Shown here: positions 39,569-49,564 of the stretch, piece after piece
Numbering within the stretch: position 1 is the stretch's first letter
How the letters are laid out: the number at the start of each line of letters is the position of its first letter
Translations under genes and position numbers: made by a program
Origin: an uncultured Parachlamydiaceae bacterium
GTDB lineage: Bacteria > Chlamydiota > Chlamydiia > Chlamydiales > Parachlamydiaceae
Direction: 5' to 3'
NCBI GenBank assembly: GCA_963742415.1
Contig: CAVULX010000004.1
Span: 1,088,001-1,152,000 of the forward strand
Length of the DNA: 64,000 nt
Notes under the pieces: generated by a model
What the model was told of the DNA's origin: nothing
Database searches by the model: none
The model's input: the letters and a program-made list of their open reading frames with translations, nothing else

Positions 39569-40861
39569 ATGTCAAAACAGCGCGTAAAACGTCTAGATGT
39601 TTCAACGGAGCCCCCCCCTAATGCGGCATCCAATGAAAAAATTTCTATGTTAACTGAAGCGCTTGCCCGATTTACGAAAGAGGCAGAAAAGCTGCAAATC
39701 GCTTACGCAGAACTGAAAGAACAATATCAAAATATTAATAAAGAGCTGGAAACGTCAAATCGTGCATTGCAAAATAAATTAGTTGAATTTGATGCCGTTA
39801 CATCCTATCTTAGCAGTATTTTAAGCAATATTTCTCAAGGCATTTTATTTATCGACTTCAGCGGCGGCATCACTACCTACAATCCCGCCGCGGAAAAAAT
39901 TCTTGGAAAAAGCGGCGACCAGGTGCTTTTTCAAAGCTTTTGGTCTAGCTTTGATGATGAATGCTTCGGCTTCTCTATGCGGAAAGCTTTGTCGGTACAA
40001 GAGGCCCCAGGCACAGCATATGCTTCCTTTCTTCGAGAAGACGGGGAAAAAAGAGAGCTGGAAATAGAATCAGGCCTGGTCCTGCGCAAAGAAAAAGCCC
40101 TCAATTCATCCATCAATGCCATGCAAGGGTTGATCGTCCTTATACGCGACATCACCGAGATTCGGCGGCTTCAATCCATTGCAAATCGACACGACCGGCT
40201 AAAAGAATTAGGGGAAATGGCCGCCATGGTGGCCCATGAAATTCGGAACCCTCTGGGGGGAATCAAAGGATTCGCCATGTTGCTTAAAAGGGACCTCTCG
40301 GATCACCCGGAGATGCAAAAGATGGCTCAACATATAGTTGAAGGAACAGATCACCTCAATCATTTAGTGACCACAGTGCTAAATTATGCTCGTCCGGTGA
40401 AGCCCGAAATCGAATGGGCCGACCTGATCCATTTTGGACAAGAGCTTTTAGACCACCTAAAAGCCGACGCAAACACCCCCTCGACTATCGTGATGCATCT
40501 TGAAGCAAAGGCTTCTGTCATTTTAGCCCCTATAGATCCAAATTTAATGCGGTCGGCTTTATTAAACCTCATGGTCAATGCCATTCAAGCTATGCCAGAT
40601 AAAGGCGATTTGACCTTAGAACTCGATCTCCAGAACGACCACGCTGTGATCGCAATTGCAGACACCGGAGTCGGAATACCTCCCGAAAATTTTGATAAAC
40701 TTTATTCCCCCTTTTTTACTACAAGGCCTGAGGGGAATGGCTTTGGTTTGGCCGAAGTCTTAAAAATCGTCCAAGCCCACGGAGGAACCATTGAAGTGGT
40801 CTCAAGCGTTGGTAAAGGCACTACTTTTACTATAAAAATCCCTCTGAAAATTAAAGGATGA
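39569..40861 (+). CDS. ctcB: PAS sensor histidine kinase (AtoS/CtcB-like)
   Basis: AHEIRNPLGGI H-box, NLMVNAIQA, DTGVGI, PFFTTRPEGNGFGL. Confidence 0.85.
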   Translation: MSKQRVKRLDVSTEPPPNAASNEKISMLTEALARFTKEAEKLQIAYAELKEQYQNINKELETSNRALQNKLVEFDAVTSYLSSILSNISQGILFIDFSGGITTYNPAAEKILGKSGDQVLFQSFWSSFDDECFGFSMRKALSVQEAPGTAYASFLREDGEKRELEIESGLVLRKEKALNSSINAMQGLIVLIRDITEIRRLQSIANRHDRLKELGEMAAMVAHEIRNPLGGIKGFAMLLKRDLSDHPEMQKMAQHIVEGTDHLNHLVTTVLNYARPVKPEIEWADLIHFGQELLDHLKADANTPSTIVMHLEAKASVILAPIDPNLMRSALLNLMVNAIQAMPDKGDLTLELDLQNDHAVIAIADTGVGIPPENFDKLYSPFFTTRPEGNGFGLAEVLKIVQAHGGTIEVVSSVGKGTTFTIKIPLKIKG

Positions 40862-40864
40862 CAA

Positions 40865-42268
40865 ATGACTATTGATAAAGTCTTAATCGTCGATGATGAG
40901 TTGCTCGTCAGAAATTTTTTGGCAGAAACACTAAAGCGTAAGGGATTGGATGTCTCTACAGCCGAAAATGGGCAAAAAGCAATCAATATGCTTAAGGAGA
41001 CGACATTCGATTTGGTGGTTACCGATATGAAAATGCCAGATATCACAGGCATTGATGTCTTACGCAAAGTCAAAGAATTAAGTCCTGGTACGCTCGTCGT
41101 CGTCATAACCGCTTTTGGCAGCATTGAAAACGCTGTGGAAGCCATGCGCGCCGGTGCTTTTAACTATCTTATCAAACCCTTTTCTCCAGATACCATTGAA
41201 GCCATCCTTGAAAAAGCTAAAGAACATGTATCGCTTCTAGAAGAAAATCAATATCTGAGGCAACAAGTATCTTCAAGCGGCAACCGCAGCATGTATCAAG
41301 TGATCGGCCAAAGCCCCGCAATGAAACAGATTATGGAATCGGTTGAACGGGTCGCTAAAAGCAATGCTAGCGTTTTCATCAACGGAGAATCAGGCACTGG
41401 AAAAGAAGTGATCGCCCATGCCATCCATTATAACTCTTTGAGAGCCAATAAACCGTTCATTAAAGTTAACTGCGCGGCAATCCCCGAAACACTTATCGAA
41501 TCGGAGTTTTTCGGCCATGAAAAAGGGGCCTTTACGGGAGCAAATTTGCGGAGGCTGGGACGTTTTGAGCTGGCAAATGGGGGAACTTTGCTTCTCGATG
41601 AAGTCACAGAAATCCCTTTAGCATTGCAAGCCAAACTTTTGAGAGTGATCCAAGAACAAGAATTTGAGCGTGTTGGGGGAACCAAACCTGTCAAAGTTGA
41701 TGTCCGCTTGATCTCAACATCCAACCGCAATATCAAAGAGACCATCGCCCAGAAAATTTTGCGGGAAGATCTTTATTACCGCTTAAATGTAGTGCCTATT
41801 TATTTACCCCCTCTGCGTGAACGGAGGGAAGACATCATCCCTTTAGCAGGTTACTTTTTGCAAAAAATGTGTGAAGAAAACCACAAGGAATTGAAAGCCC
41901 TTTCCCCTCAAGCCGAAAAGAAGCTGCTCGACTATAGTTGGCCGGGAAATACTAGGGAGCTAGCCAATATTATAGAAAGGGCTGTTGTCATGGATACAAG
42001 CAAATATATAGAACCTGAGCTCCTCTACATTGAAGGGGCTCCCCCCTTTCCCGGAGCGGACACTCACATCCCTCAACTGCCCCCTCCGGCAATTATATCC
42101 AATAAATTGCCTGTAGGAATCACTTTGCAAGAACTTGAAAAGCGGCTCATCATTGAAACATTACAAGCTTGCCATAACAACCGCACAAAAACAGCCGAAA
42201 CCCTCGGAATCAGCATCCGTACATTGCGCAATAAGCTTCACGAATATAATCTGATGCCTGAAAAGTAA
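40865..42268 (+). CDS. ctcC: Sigma54-dependent response regulator (AtoC/CtcC-like) with Fis HTH
   Basis: Receiver domain (VDDE, DMKMP), GESGTGKE, GAFTGA and C-terminal NRTKTAETLGISIRTLRNKL. Confidence 0.88.
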   Translation: MTIDKVLIVDDELLVRNFLAETLKRKGLDVSTAENGQKAINMLKETTFDLVVTDMKMPDITGIDVLRKVKELSPGTLVVVITAFGSIENAVEAMRAGAFNYLIKPFSPDTIEAILEKAKEHVSLLEENQYLRQQVSSSGNRSMYQVIGQSPAMKQIMESVERVAKSNASVFINGESGTGKEVIAHAIHYNSLRANKPFIKVNCAAIPETLIESEFFGHEKGAFTGANLRRLGRFELANGGTLLLDEVTEIPLALQAKLLRVIQEQEFERVGGTKPVKVDVRLISTSNRNIKETIAQKILREDLYYRLNVVPIYLPPLRERREDIIPLAGYFLQKMCEENHKELKALSPQAEKKLLDYSWPGNTRELANIIERAVVMDTSKYIEPELLYIEGAPPFPGADTHIPQLPPPAIISNKLPVGITLQELEKRLIIETLQACHNNRTKTAETLGISIRTLRNKLHEYNLMPEK

Positions 42269-42310
42269 CAATAGGCTAGCCCTTTTTGCCGCTGGCGTCG
42301 CCCTAAAAAA

Positions 42311-42746
42311 ACCACAGAGTGAGATCACTGAGAAAATACGAGAAATTGAGTAAAAAGGGTTTGTAGCCCGATGTTGATTAACATCTCTACCTATTAAAAT
42401 AAAATTGTATGCCGTCCTTACAGGACTCTGTTTTATTTGCATTTTACCCAGGCCTCGCTTCGCTCAACCTGGGCTATAACATTTCGGCCTTTCAGGCCGT
42501 TTTCAGCGCCGAAGGCGCGGAATATCAAAGCCCAGGTTGAGCGAAGCGAGGCCTGGGTAAAATGCAAATAAAACAGAGTCCTGTAAGGACGGCATACAAT
42601 TTTATTTTTATAGATAGAAATGTTAAATCAGCGCCGACCCTATCTTTACCAAAATTATTCCATACCCTCCATTCCCCTTATTCCTCCTCAATTCCAAATT
42701 TCTCACTGATCTCAAACTTCCTCAGTAATCTCAGTATCTCTGTGGT
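42311..42746. mobile_element. Nested palindromic composite C[E[A]] between convergent genes
   Basis: C arms 42311-42332/42721-42746, E arms 42368-42394/42610-42638, inner A copy 3; mobility is inferred only. Confidence 0.72.
42396..42608. repeat. Family A copy 3
   Basis: Perfect 80-bp arms 42396-42475/42529-42608. Confidence 0.97.
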
Positions 42747-42790
42747 GAAAATTCGGGCAACACATAAATTAGGAGGAGCACGAGCAAACA

Positions 42791-43408
42791 TTAAAATTTA
42801 ATTTCATCTGAATGAAGGATATGCGCTCCAGCCCTTTTCATCTCTTCGTAAGCAAGTTTTTCATCGCTTTCCTGGAGGTTAACTGGTTGGCAAGCATCCG
42901 AGATCACATAGACATTAAAACCTAAATTGATAGCATCCAAAGCGGAATATTTTATGCAATAATCTGTCGTGAGCCCAGCTAGGTAAATATTATTGATCAT
43001 TTTTTGCCGCAGAAAATCTTCTAAACCTGTTGCTCGTTTGTGGTCATTGTCAAAAAAGGTGCTGTAGCTATCCACAGTTTTGTCGGTCCCTTTGTGAAAA
43101 ACTCTTTTTACTTTGCTTACATCCCATCCAGAAGCGAATTCAGCCCCGTGAGTGCCTTGAACGCAGTGGACCGGCCATAAAATCTGTTCCAGCCCATGCA
43201 ATTCAACCACTTCTCCAGGCTCTTTTCCATGCGTCCGTCCAAAGCTTCCATGGTTGCTTGGATGCCAATCCTTAGAGGCTACAATCACATCGAAATTTTT
43301 ATTAATTAACTTATTGATGATAGGAAGTATTTTATCTCCATTTTTAACCGCTAAGGCTCCCCCAGGTAAAAAGTCATTTTGAATATCGACCAACACTAAT
43401 GCACTCAT
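42791..43408 (-). CDS. pncA: Nicotinamidase/pyrazinamidase
   Basis: VDIQNDFLPGGALAV, KDWHP, WPVHCVQGT, DSYSTF and TDYCI motifs. Confidence 0.95.
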   Translation of the reverse strand: MSALVLVDIQNDFLPGGALAVKNGDKILPIINKLINKNFDVIVASKDWHPSNHGSFGRTHGKEPGEVVELHGLEQILWPVHCVQGTHGAEFASGWDVSKVKRVFHKGTDKTVDSYSTFFDNDHKRATGLEDFLRQKMINNIYLAGLTTDYCIKYSALDAINLGFNVYVISDACQPVNLQESDEKLAYEEMKRAGAHILHSDEIKF

Positions 43409-43425
43409 TTAATTTCTCCACTATA

Positions 43426-44937
43426 TTATTCATTTTCCTCAGGCGCAATATGAGCATGAGAAGATTGATCCCTAATCTGACGAATTAATTCCACTTTATG
43501 ATCATATAACGTTTTTTCCATCCCCACAATATACTGATGGGGGTTCAAAAATCGCTTGATCCCTACGTCAAAATGTCTCAACTCGGCCGAAGTCTTGGCC
43601 TTGATCTCTTGGAGGGTGGGAAGCTGATAAACCCTTTTTCCCTCGCGAAAAATAGGGATCAACAATTCATGATAAAGGATCCCCTTTTTTAACACTCTTT
43701 GTCTCGTCGGATCGAGCGGATCAACAATTGTGCAATCTTCCGATAATGGAGCATGGATATCATACATCATATCGGCCACATTTTCTTTCTTAGTATAATA
43801 CCGCCGGACCTGAAGAATCCCTGGATTTGAGACCTTCAACATTTGTTCAGATAGTTTGAGTTTATATTTCCAAGGGCCTCCAGGATCTCTAATAGCAGAC
43901 AACTTATAGACCCCATCTAAGGCAGGCTGGTCTTTGCCAGTCACCAAATTCGTTCCCACCCCCCAGAAAGTAATTTGAGCTCCTTGCCGTTTGAGCTCGC
44001 TAATGATCGTTTCATCCAATTCATTGCTCGCAACAATAAAGGCATCTTGAAAACCAGCGGCATCTAACATCTCCCGGCTTTTGATGCTCAAATAAGCCAG
44101 ATCTCCCGAATCCAAACGGATGCCCAGCAACCTCTTTCCATGGCTCCTAAGCCATTTTCCTACCTCGATGACCCTCTTTACGCCATTCAAAGAATCATAC
44201 GTGTCTACAAGAAAAACACAGTCATTCGGGAGACTTTCCGCATAGGCCTGAAATGCTTCCAACTCATCATCAAATACCATCACCCAACTATGGGAATGGG
44301 TCCCTTTTACCGGAATCCCATAAAGTTTGCCTGCCAATACGTTAGAAGTCGATTCACAACCTCCTATATAAGCTGCGCGGCTGGCGGTCAACGCCCCATC
44401 GATCCCTTGAGCCCTCCTCAATCCGAATTCAATGATAGGCCCTCCATTGGATGCAATGCACATGCGGGCGCTTTTCGTAGCAATCAAGGTGGGAAAATTG
44501 ATGAGATTTAAAAGAGGGCTTTCCAGGATTTGGGCTTGAATTAAAGGGCCTTGCACCCTCAGCAAGGGCTCATAAGGGAAAACGACAGTCCCTTCCGGCA
44601 CCGCATCTACTTGGCATGAGAACTTCATGCCCGCTAAATAATCAAAAAAATCGGAAGAAAAAAGAGGGGAACCATCGGCCGATTTCAATGTGGATAGATA
44701 ATTCAAATCTGAATCAGTAAATCGGAAATTTTCTAGAAAATGAACAACATTTTCAAGCCCTGCTGCTATTGTGAATCCTCCATTAAAGGGCCTTCTCCGA
44801 AAAAAAAGGTGAAAGACAGCTTCCTTTTCATGCAGCCCTTTTTTCCAATACCCATACGACATGGTCATCTGATACAAATCTGTAAGCAAAGCTAAGGAGG
44901 GTTTGTAAAGATCAAAAGGTTGAATCGGGTCATTCAT
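43426..44937 (-). CDS. pncB: Nicotinate phosphoribosyltransferase
   Basis: LLTDLYQMTM, EFGLRRAQG, GTHSHSW, LVDTYD and GIRLDSGDL motifs. Confidence 0.96.
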   Translation of the reverse strand: MNDPIQPFDLYKPSLALLTDLYQMTMSYGYWKKGLHEKEAVFHLFFRRRPFNGGFTIAAGLENVVHFLENFRFTDSDLNYLSTLKSADGSPLFSSDFFDYLAGMKFSCQVDAVPEGTVVFPYEPLLRVQGPLIQAQILESPLLNLINFPTLIATKSARMCIASNGGPIIEFGLRRAQGIDGALTASRAAYIGGCESTSNVLAGKLYGIPVKGTHSHSWVMVFDDELEAFQAYAESLPNDCVFLVDTYDSLNGVKRVIEVGKWLRSHGKRLLGIRLDSGDLAYLSIKSREMLDAAGFQDAFIVASNELDETIISELKRQGAQITFWGVGTNLVTGKDQPALDGVYKLSAIRDPGGPWKYKLKLSEQMLKVSNPGILQVRRYYTKKENVADMMYDIHAPLSEDCTIVDPLDPTRQRVLKKGILYHELLIPIFREGKRVYQLPTLQEIKAKTSAELRHFDVGIKRFLNPHQYIVGMEKTLYDHKVELIRQIRDQSSHAHIAPEENE

Positions 44938-44966
44938 AAAGATTTTTTCTCTTTAAGATTGAAAAT

Positions 44967-45293
44967 TCACTTATTTTTCAAAAGATCCCGTTTTTGATCA
45001 AGGAGTTCTTGAATCCTCTTTTGAATTCGATCCTCCTCATGTTGACTTTTTTCCGCTTCTTTCATGTTTTCAACAAAATCATGCCCTCTTTGACGAAAAT
45101 TCTCTTGCCCTTCAATTTCGGTATTCATCTCTTTCAAACGTGTATCATGGAGTTTAGTTGTAAGCTCAGTGAGTTCAATTTCTATAGCTTGCAACCGCTT
45201 TTCTCTTTCTTTTTTGGCAGGATCTTGGGAACAGGAGGGTAAAATAAAGCAGGTAAAAAGAGCAAATAAGGCTAAAGGGACCGCAATTTTCAT
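44967..45293 (-). CDS. Hypothetical coiled-coil lipoprotein
   Basis: AAGGAG RBS, hydrophobic leader with LPSC lipobox, charged helical body. Confidence 0.65.
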   Translation of the reverse strand: MKIAVPLALFALFTCFILPSCSQDPAKKEREKRLQAIEIELTELTTKLHDTRLKEMNTEIEGQENFRQRGHDFVENMKEAEKSQHEEDRIQKRIQELLDQKRDLLKNK

Positions 45294-45378
45294 AAAAATC
45301 TCCTTGTATTGCAATCCGCATATTACCGTATCTGATTAATTTTCAATAGGAAATCTATTATACCGAACGGTATAGTTA

Positions 45379-48300
45379 TCAAACAGCCGTTTCTTCTGAT
45401 TCAAAACCTGTTTGCGATTCTATAAACTGTTGCAATTCGTCAGGCAATTTGGAGGCATTTTTGCTTTTTAGATACTCATGAATTTGAGCTACAACTTGCG
45501 TAAAATAAGTCGGAACAGCAAAGCTAGGATCCTCCTCCTCCATGCCTCCCAGGGACTCCCAAATAAGCTCCAGAAACTTTCGGTAATTGGTTCGGTGATC
45601 TTTTGAAGCTACATCTTGTTCGTTTTTCCACTTAGTTTTATTTCCCGATAAATCCTCTTCATTTGGAACTGTTTCAAAATATCCAAATTCGACCCCTTTA
45701 TTTATCATAGCTGTCTTTAAATCTTTTCTTTTTTTATCAAGGGTCATTTTCAAATTAGCTTGGGCAAGTTTTTCCTGAAGGCTGTTTATCTCTTTCAATA
45801 ATCCATCTTTCTCTAAATCAGCCTTGTTTCTATTATTTTGTTTTTTTTGTATTGTTTTCTTTAAGTCCATGATCTTCTTTGCCGTTACTTCTATTTCTTT
45901 TTTAAGAGAAGACTCTCCTTTTTTTCGCCATTCTCGAAATAAAGCCTCCTTATAAACGTCTGATAAGTAGCTATTTATAAGCTCTTTCCCCTCTTTTAAT
46001 AGGCTCTCTCCCAGAGCATCAGCGTTCAGATTTTTATTATTCCTTAATGCGCATAATTGATCGGTTAATTTCTGCATTTGTTGATCAAAACTTATAAAAC
46101 GCTCCTTCTCTTTCGAATCAAAGTCGAACCTTTGTTCTCTGAAAAATTTCATTTCGAACTGCATCTGCCACAAAAGCGCATGTAAGTTGTCCTTTTCAAA
46201 ATTGTATAAAGGTGATGATTGCAATTTCTTTTCCAACTCCGCTAATTTCCTATTTTTCTCATTTTCTTCTGAAGTTATCGATAGCGCAATATCTCGCTGA
46301 ACTTGATTAATGTGAACATTCAAAGAATAGATTCGCAGTTCTTTTTTTGATTTATTTAATTTTTCTTTGACTGAGCTATGCTCTTCTTTTTGCAGCCCGC
46401 TTTTCTCTTCTATCGGATCGATTTTCTCTTCTTGGCTTTCCCCTCTTTTTTCTACTAGTTGTTTAAATTTTTCTTCAAATTCACGAAGGAAAACCGTTGA
46501 CAACTTGTTTATTTTTTGCGGTTTTCTTTCACATGTCTTTTCATTTTCTTCTCGTTCAATAGCTTCTTTTCGAGCAGTAAATAATCCATTCTTTGCCAAA
46601 ACATTTGCTATTGTTTTGACTTTATCATTCTTCTGCTCTACGGTGCCATCCACTACGGATTTTTTTACATTTATAGACTTATTAAGTTCATTCTCAAGAG
46701 CTTTTCGCTTTCTTTTCCAATCTTCTTCTACCTGATAGGTTACATATAATTTTGACCCTTGTACGTATACTTCTATTGAACTTTTTAATGCTCTTTTCAT
46801 ACTGTCGAGAACTGAAATAAATGAGCCATCAGCATGATCATTAAAAGTCTCAAAGGGTTTGCGCTCTTTTAGAGCCTGCCAATCCTTTAAGGATTCGACG
46901 AAGTCTTGTGAGTCTTTTTCTTGCTGAAGTGTTGACGGAGCCAATTGTGAGTATAAAGAAACTATTTGTATTTCTGAAAGCTTGGATATATTTTCGAACA
47001 ATTGCTTATTCAACTTATTAATATTTTGCTGAGATTTGCAAATTTCTTGATATTGCCTTTTTTGATATTGAAATAGACTACTTTTTCTGGCTTCTTCCTT
47101 TACTGTTTCAATAGATTGATTAATTTTTTGCCTGATTTCTTCATCTTCAATATTAAAAGTAAAGTTTTTAAAATTCAGCTCTAGTTTTTCTAACTGTTGC
47201 TGACAGTCTGCTAAATCTTGAATGGACTGTGGAAGATCAGATTCAATTTTTGCATTTTCATTCAATTCTATCTGATGTTTTTTTAGTCGCTCTTCAAACC
47301 CATACATTTTTTCGCATAACTCAGGGATTTTTTTAAAAAACTTCTTAATCCTTTTATAGCCATTTTTTTCGTTAAAATAAGGATCTGGTATTTCTATAAA
47401 GGGTATCTTTCGATTTATGTATTGACGTAGGAATGCAATCAAAAGAAAAGCCCTATCCCGAGGTATTAAATATTCATCCAGAGTTTTTAGGGCTTCTAAT
47501 CCGCTGCTCAACAATGCTGGTTTCAATTTTTTAACATCTTCAAACAAATTCTCTTTCTGAGAACAAATTAAATCATCATTATATTCAACAGTTTTATCAT
47601 TATATTCAACAAATTGATCCTTATATTCAACAGTTTTATCATTATATTCAACAAATTGATCCTTATATTCAACAGTTTTATCATTATATTCAACAGATTT
47701 ATCCCTTGCCCCAACATACTTTTTTAGCAGAGGCTCCCATTGAGCCCCTTTGGTCTCGATTTTCTCAATTTTTTTATTTAAAATTTGAATTAGAATAGGA
47801 ATCGAACTCAAATCCAAATTTGCTAGTTCCTCTTCTGCCTTTTCTAGAAACGAGCTGTATTTGTCCAATTTGTTTTTCTGGCTTACGGTTTCTTCCAAAT
47901 CAATCGAAATTCCCGTTGTTTTGGCTCTTTCTAAAACCAGATCCAACAGAGATTTTATAAAATCAGTTTCTTTCTTTTTGTTTTCTAATTTCTTCTTTTC
48001 TTTTATTAATTTACTTTTATTCAATTCTGCTTCATCTAATTGCTTCATATAGACTGATTGAGATTTTTTCATCCATTCGTCCGTTAGAGGTTTTTGAATT
48101 TCAGCCCAAAATATTTTTATATTGGCCAAACAAACTTCAATTTTTTGATCAAGATCAGCTATATTTTTATCTATGCTTTTGAGATCTGGTAATTTAGCAT
48201 GTAAGAAAATAATCAAATATTCAAATACTTTTTTTACATCTCTAGCTTTTGATAATTTTCCTTTAAAAAAACCTCTTATTTCTTTCTTGAGTTCTGTTTC

Positions 48301-49377
48301 ATCGTTACAACTTCGAAAGATCTCTTCTTTCAATGCGGTTTTAATTCCCTCAAGTTCTTCGAGCTTTTTTGAATCTATTTTTTCAACAGGTTTGATTGTT
48401 GGAAGAAATGCCATCCAAGGTTTTCTTGTTGGGGTTGGGGTTGGGGTTGGGGTTGTCTTAACTTCTTCTTGTTTTATAACTTTTCTATCTATTTTTGCTT
48501 CTATATGGTTTAATCTCGCTTCTTTTTTATCTGCTTGAGCGGCCTTTTCCTGGAATGTTCTTTTTATTACTTTCAATTTTTCCTTTTGAGCTTCTCTGAG
48601 GAGGTTTTCAAGATCTTGGATTTTGTCTTTAAGGCTTAGCTCACTCTTTGCTTGTGCTTCGCAATTTATTTTGAGATCTTCTAGCTCTTTCTCGACTTGT
48701 TGATGTTTCTGTTTAGAAGATTCAAGCAGTTGGTCTTTTTCTGTTAATTTTGCATTCAGTTTATCTTCAGCTTCATTGATTTTTCTTTTATAGCCCTGCA
48801 CAATCTGGGCTTGTTCCGTATATTTTCTTTGAAGTTCTTCCAACTTTTCTTTAATAGCTAGAAGTTCATCTGCTTGCTTTGTTTGTTCGCTGCTTTCGAG
48901 CTCTTCGTCTTCTTCTGTTTCTAGATTCCTCTCTTTTTCTGGTTCAAAATACCTGTCTTTTATGTCATTAAGTTTTATTGCTGTGTCTCGGTAATCAATT
49001 GCATTAATTAAGCTCTCTTTTCTTAACTCTATCTCTTTTGTAGAAGATGAAATTCCAATTAAAGATAAAAAATAATGAACCAATGAATGAATATACCCTT
49101 TCTTTTCAGATGAGATAGCCTTGATACGAGTTTTAATTTTTTGTAAATCATTACCCGAAGCTTCTTCTTCTAGGTCACGAACCATCTCTTGGATACGTTG
49201 AAACACAACAGCCAAATCACTTGTCGTTCCATTTCGATAATGGGTCCAACAACTAGATTTTTTGGGGCCTTCGCATGCTACTTTCCCGCTGCTTTTTTTG
49301 GAAGCAATCAGCCTTTCTGAAGGAGGGCTTTCAGCTAAAGTTTGCAAATTTAAAAAAATATTATTATCTGTATTCAT
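45379..49377 (-). CDS. Large Lys/Glu-rich coiled-coil protein (1332 aa), candidate type III effector
   Basis: AT-rich, heptad-rich, no Sec signal; internal (TP)n and 7-aa tandem repeats. Confidence 0.7.
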   Translation of the reverse strand: MNTDNNIFLNLQTLAESPPSERLIASKKSSGKVACEGPKKSSCWTHYRNGTTSDLAVVFQRIQEMVRDLEEEASGNDLQKIKTRIKAISSEKKGYIHSLVHYFLSLIGISSSTKEIELRKESLINAIDYRDTAIKLNDIKDRYFEPEKERNLETEEDEELESSEQTKQADELLAIKEKLEELQRKYTEQAQIVQGYKRKINEAEDKLNAKLTEKDQLLESSKQKHQQVEKELEDLKINCEAQAKSELSLKDKIQDLENLLREAQKEKLKVIKRTFQEKAAQADKKEARLNHIEAKIDRKVIKQEEVKTTPTPTPTPTRKPWMAFLPTIKPVEKIDSKKLEELEGIKTALKEEIFRSCNDETELKKEIRGFFKGKLSKARDVKKVFEYLIIFLHAKLPDLKSIDKNIADLDQKIEVCLANIKIFWAEIQKPLTDEWMKKSQSVYMKQLDEAELNKSKLIKEKKKLENKKKETDFIKSLLDLVLERAKTTGISIDLEETVSQKNKLDKYSSFLEKAEEELANLDLSSIPILIQILNKKIEKIETKGAQWEPLLKKYVGARDKSVEYNDKTVEYKDQFVEYNDKTVEYKDQFVEYNDKTVEYNDDLICSQKENLFEDVKKLKPALLSSGLEALKTLDEYLIPRDRAFLLIAFLRQYINRKIPFIEIPDPYFNEKNGYKRIKKFFKKIPELCEKMYGFEERLKKHQIELNENAKIESDLPQSIQDLADCQQQLEKLELNFKNFTFNIEDEEIRQKINQSIETVKEEARKSSLFQYQKRQYQEICKSQQNINKLNKQLFENISKLSEIQIVSLYSQLAPSTLQQEKDSQDFVESLKDWQALKERKPFETFNDHADGSFISVLDSMKRALKSSIEVYVQGSKLYVTYQVEEDWKRKRKALENELNKSINVKKSVVDGTVEQKNDKVKTIANVLAKNGLFTARKEAIEREENEKTCERKPQKINKLSTVFLREFEEKFKQLVEKRGESQEEKIDPIEEKSGLQKEEHSSVKEKLNKSKKELRIYSLNVHINQVQRDIALSITSEENEKNRKLAELEKKLQSSPLYNFEKDNLHALLWQMQFEMKFFREQRFDFDSKEKERFISFDQQMQKLTDQLCALRNNKNLNADALGESLLKEGKELINSYLSDVYKEALFREWRKKGESSLKKEIEVTAKKIMDLKKTIQKKQNNRNKADLEKDGLLKEINSLQEKLAQANLKMTLDKKRKDLKTAMINKGVEFGYFETVPNEEDLSGNKTKWKNEQDVASKDHRTNYRKFLELIWESLGGMEEEDPSFAVPTYFTQVVAQIHEYLKSKNASKLPDELQQFIESQTGFESEETAV
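47575..47700 (-). repeat. Intragenic 21-bp tandem repeat x6 with 42-bp higher-order period
   Basis: Encodes DKSVEYN-DKTVEYK-DQFVEYN-DKTVEYK-DQFVEYN-DKTVEYN. Confidence 0.95.
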
Positions 49378-49564
49378 ATTATGTTCATAACTAAATTATT
49401 TGCTAATTATAATCATATTTTTCATTAAAATCGAGAGAATTAGAATAAAAAACGCGAGAAATTATTGATTTGAAATCATATATCATATATAAATTGAAAT
49501 CTTTACACAACTTTGAAAAAGAACAGTATGCCTTGCTCATTGTCACTATTAGATTTTTCACTAT

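Noticed and set aside
47575..47700. Possible CRISPR or iteron array
   Set aside because: Contiguous in-frame 21-bp coding repeats with no spacers
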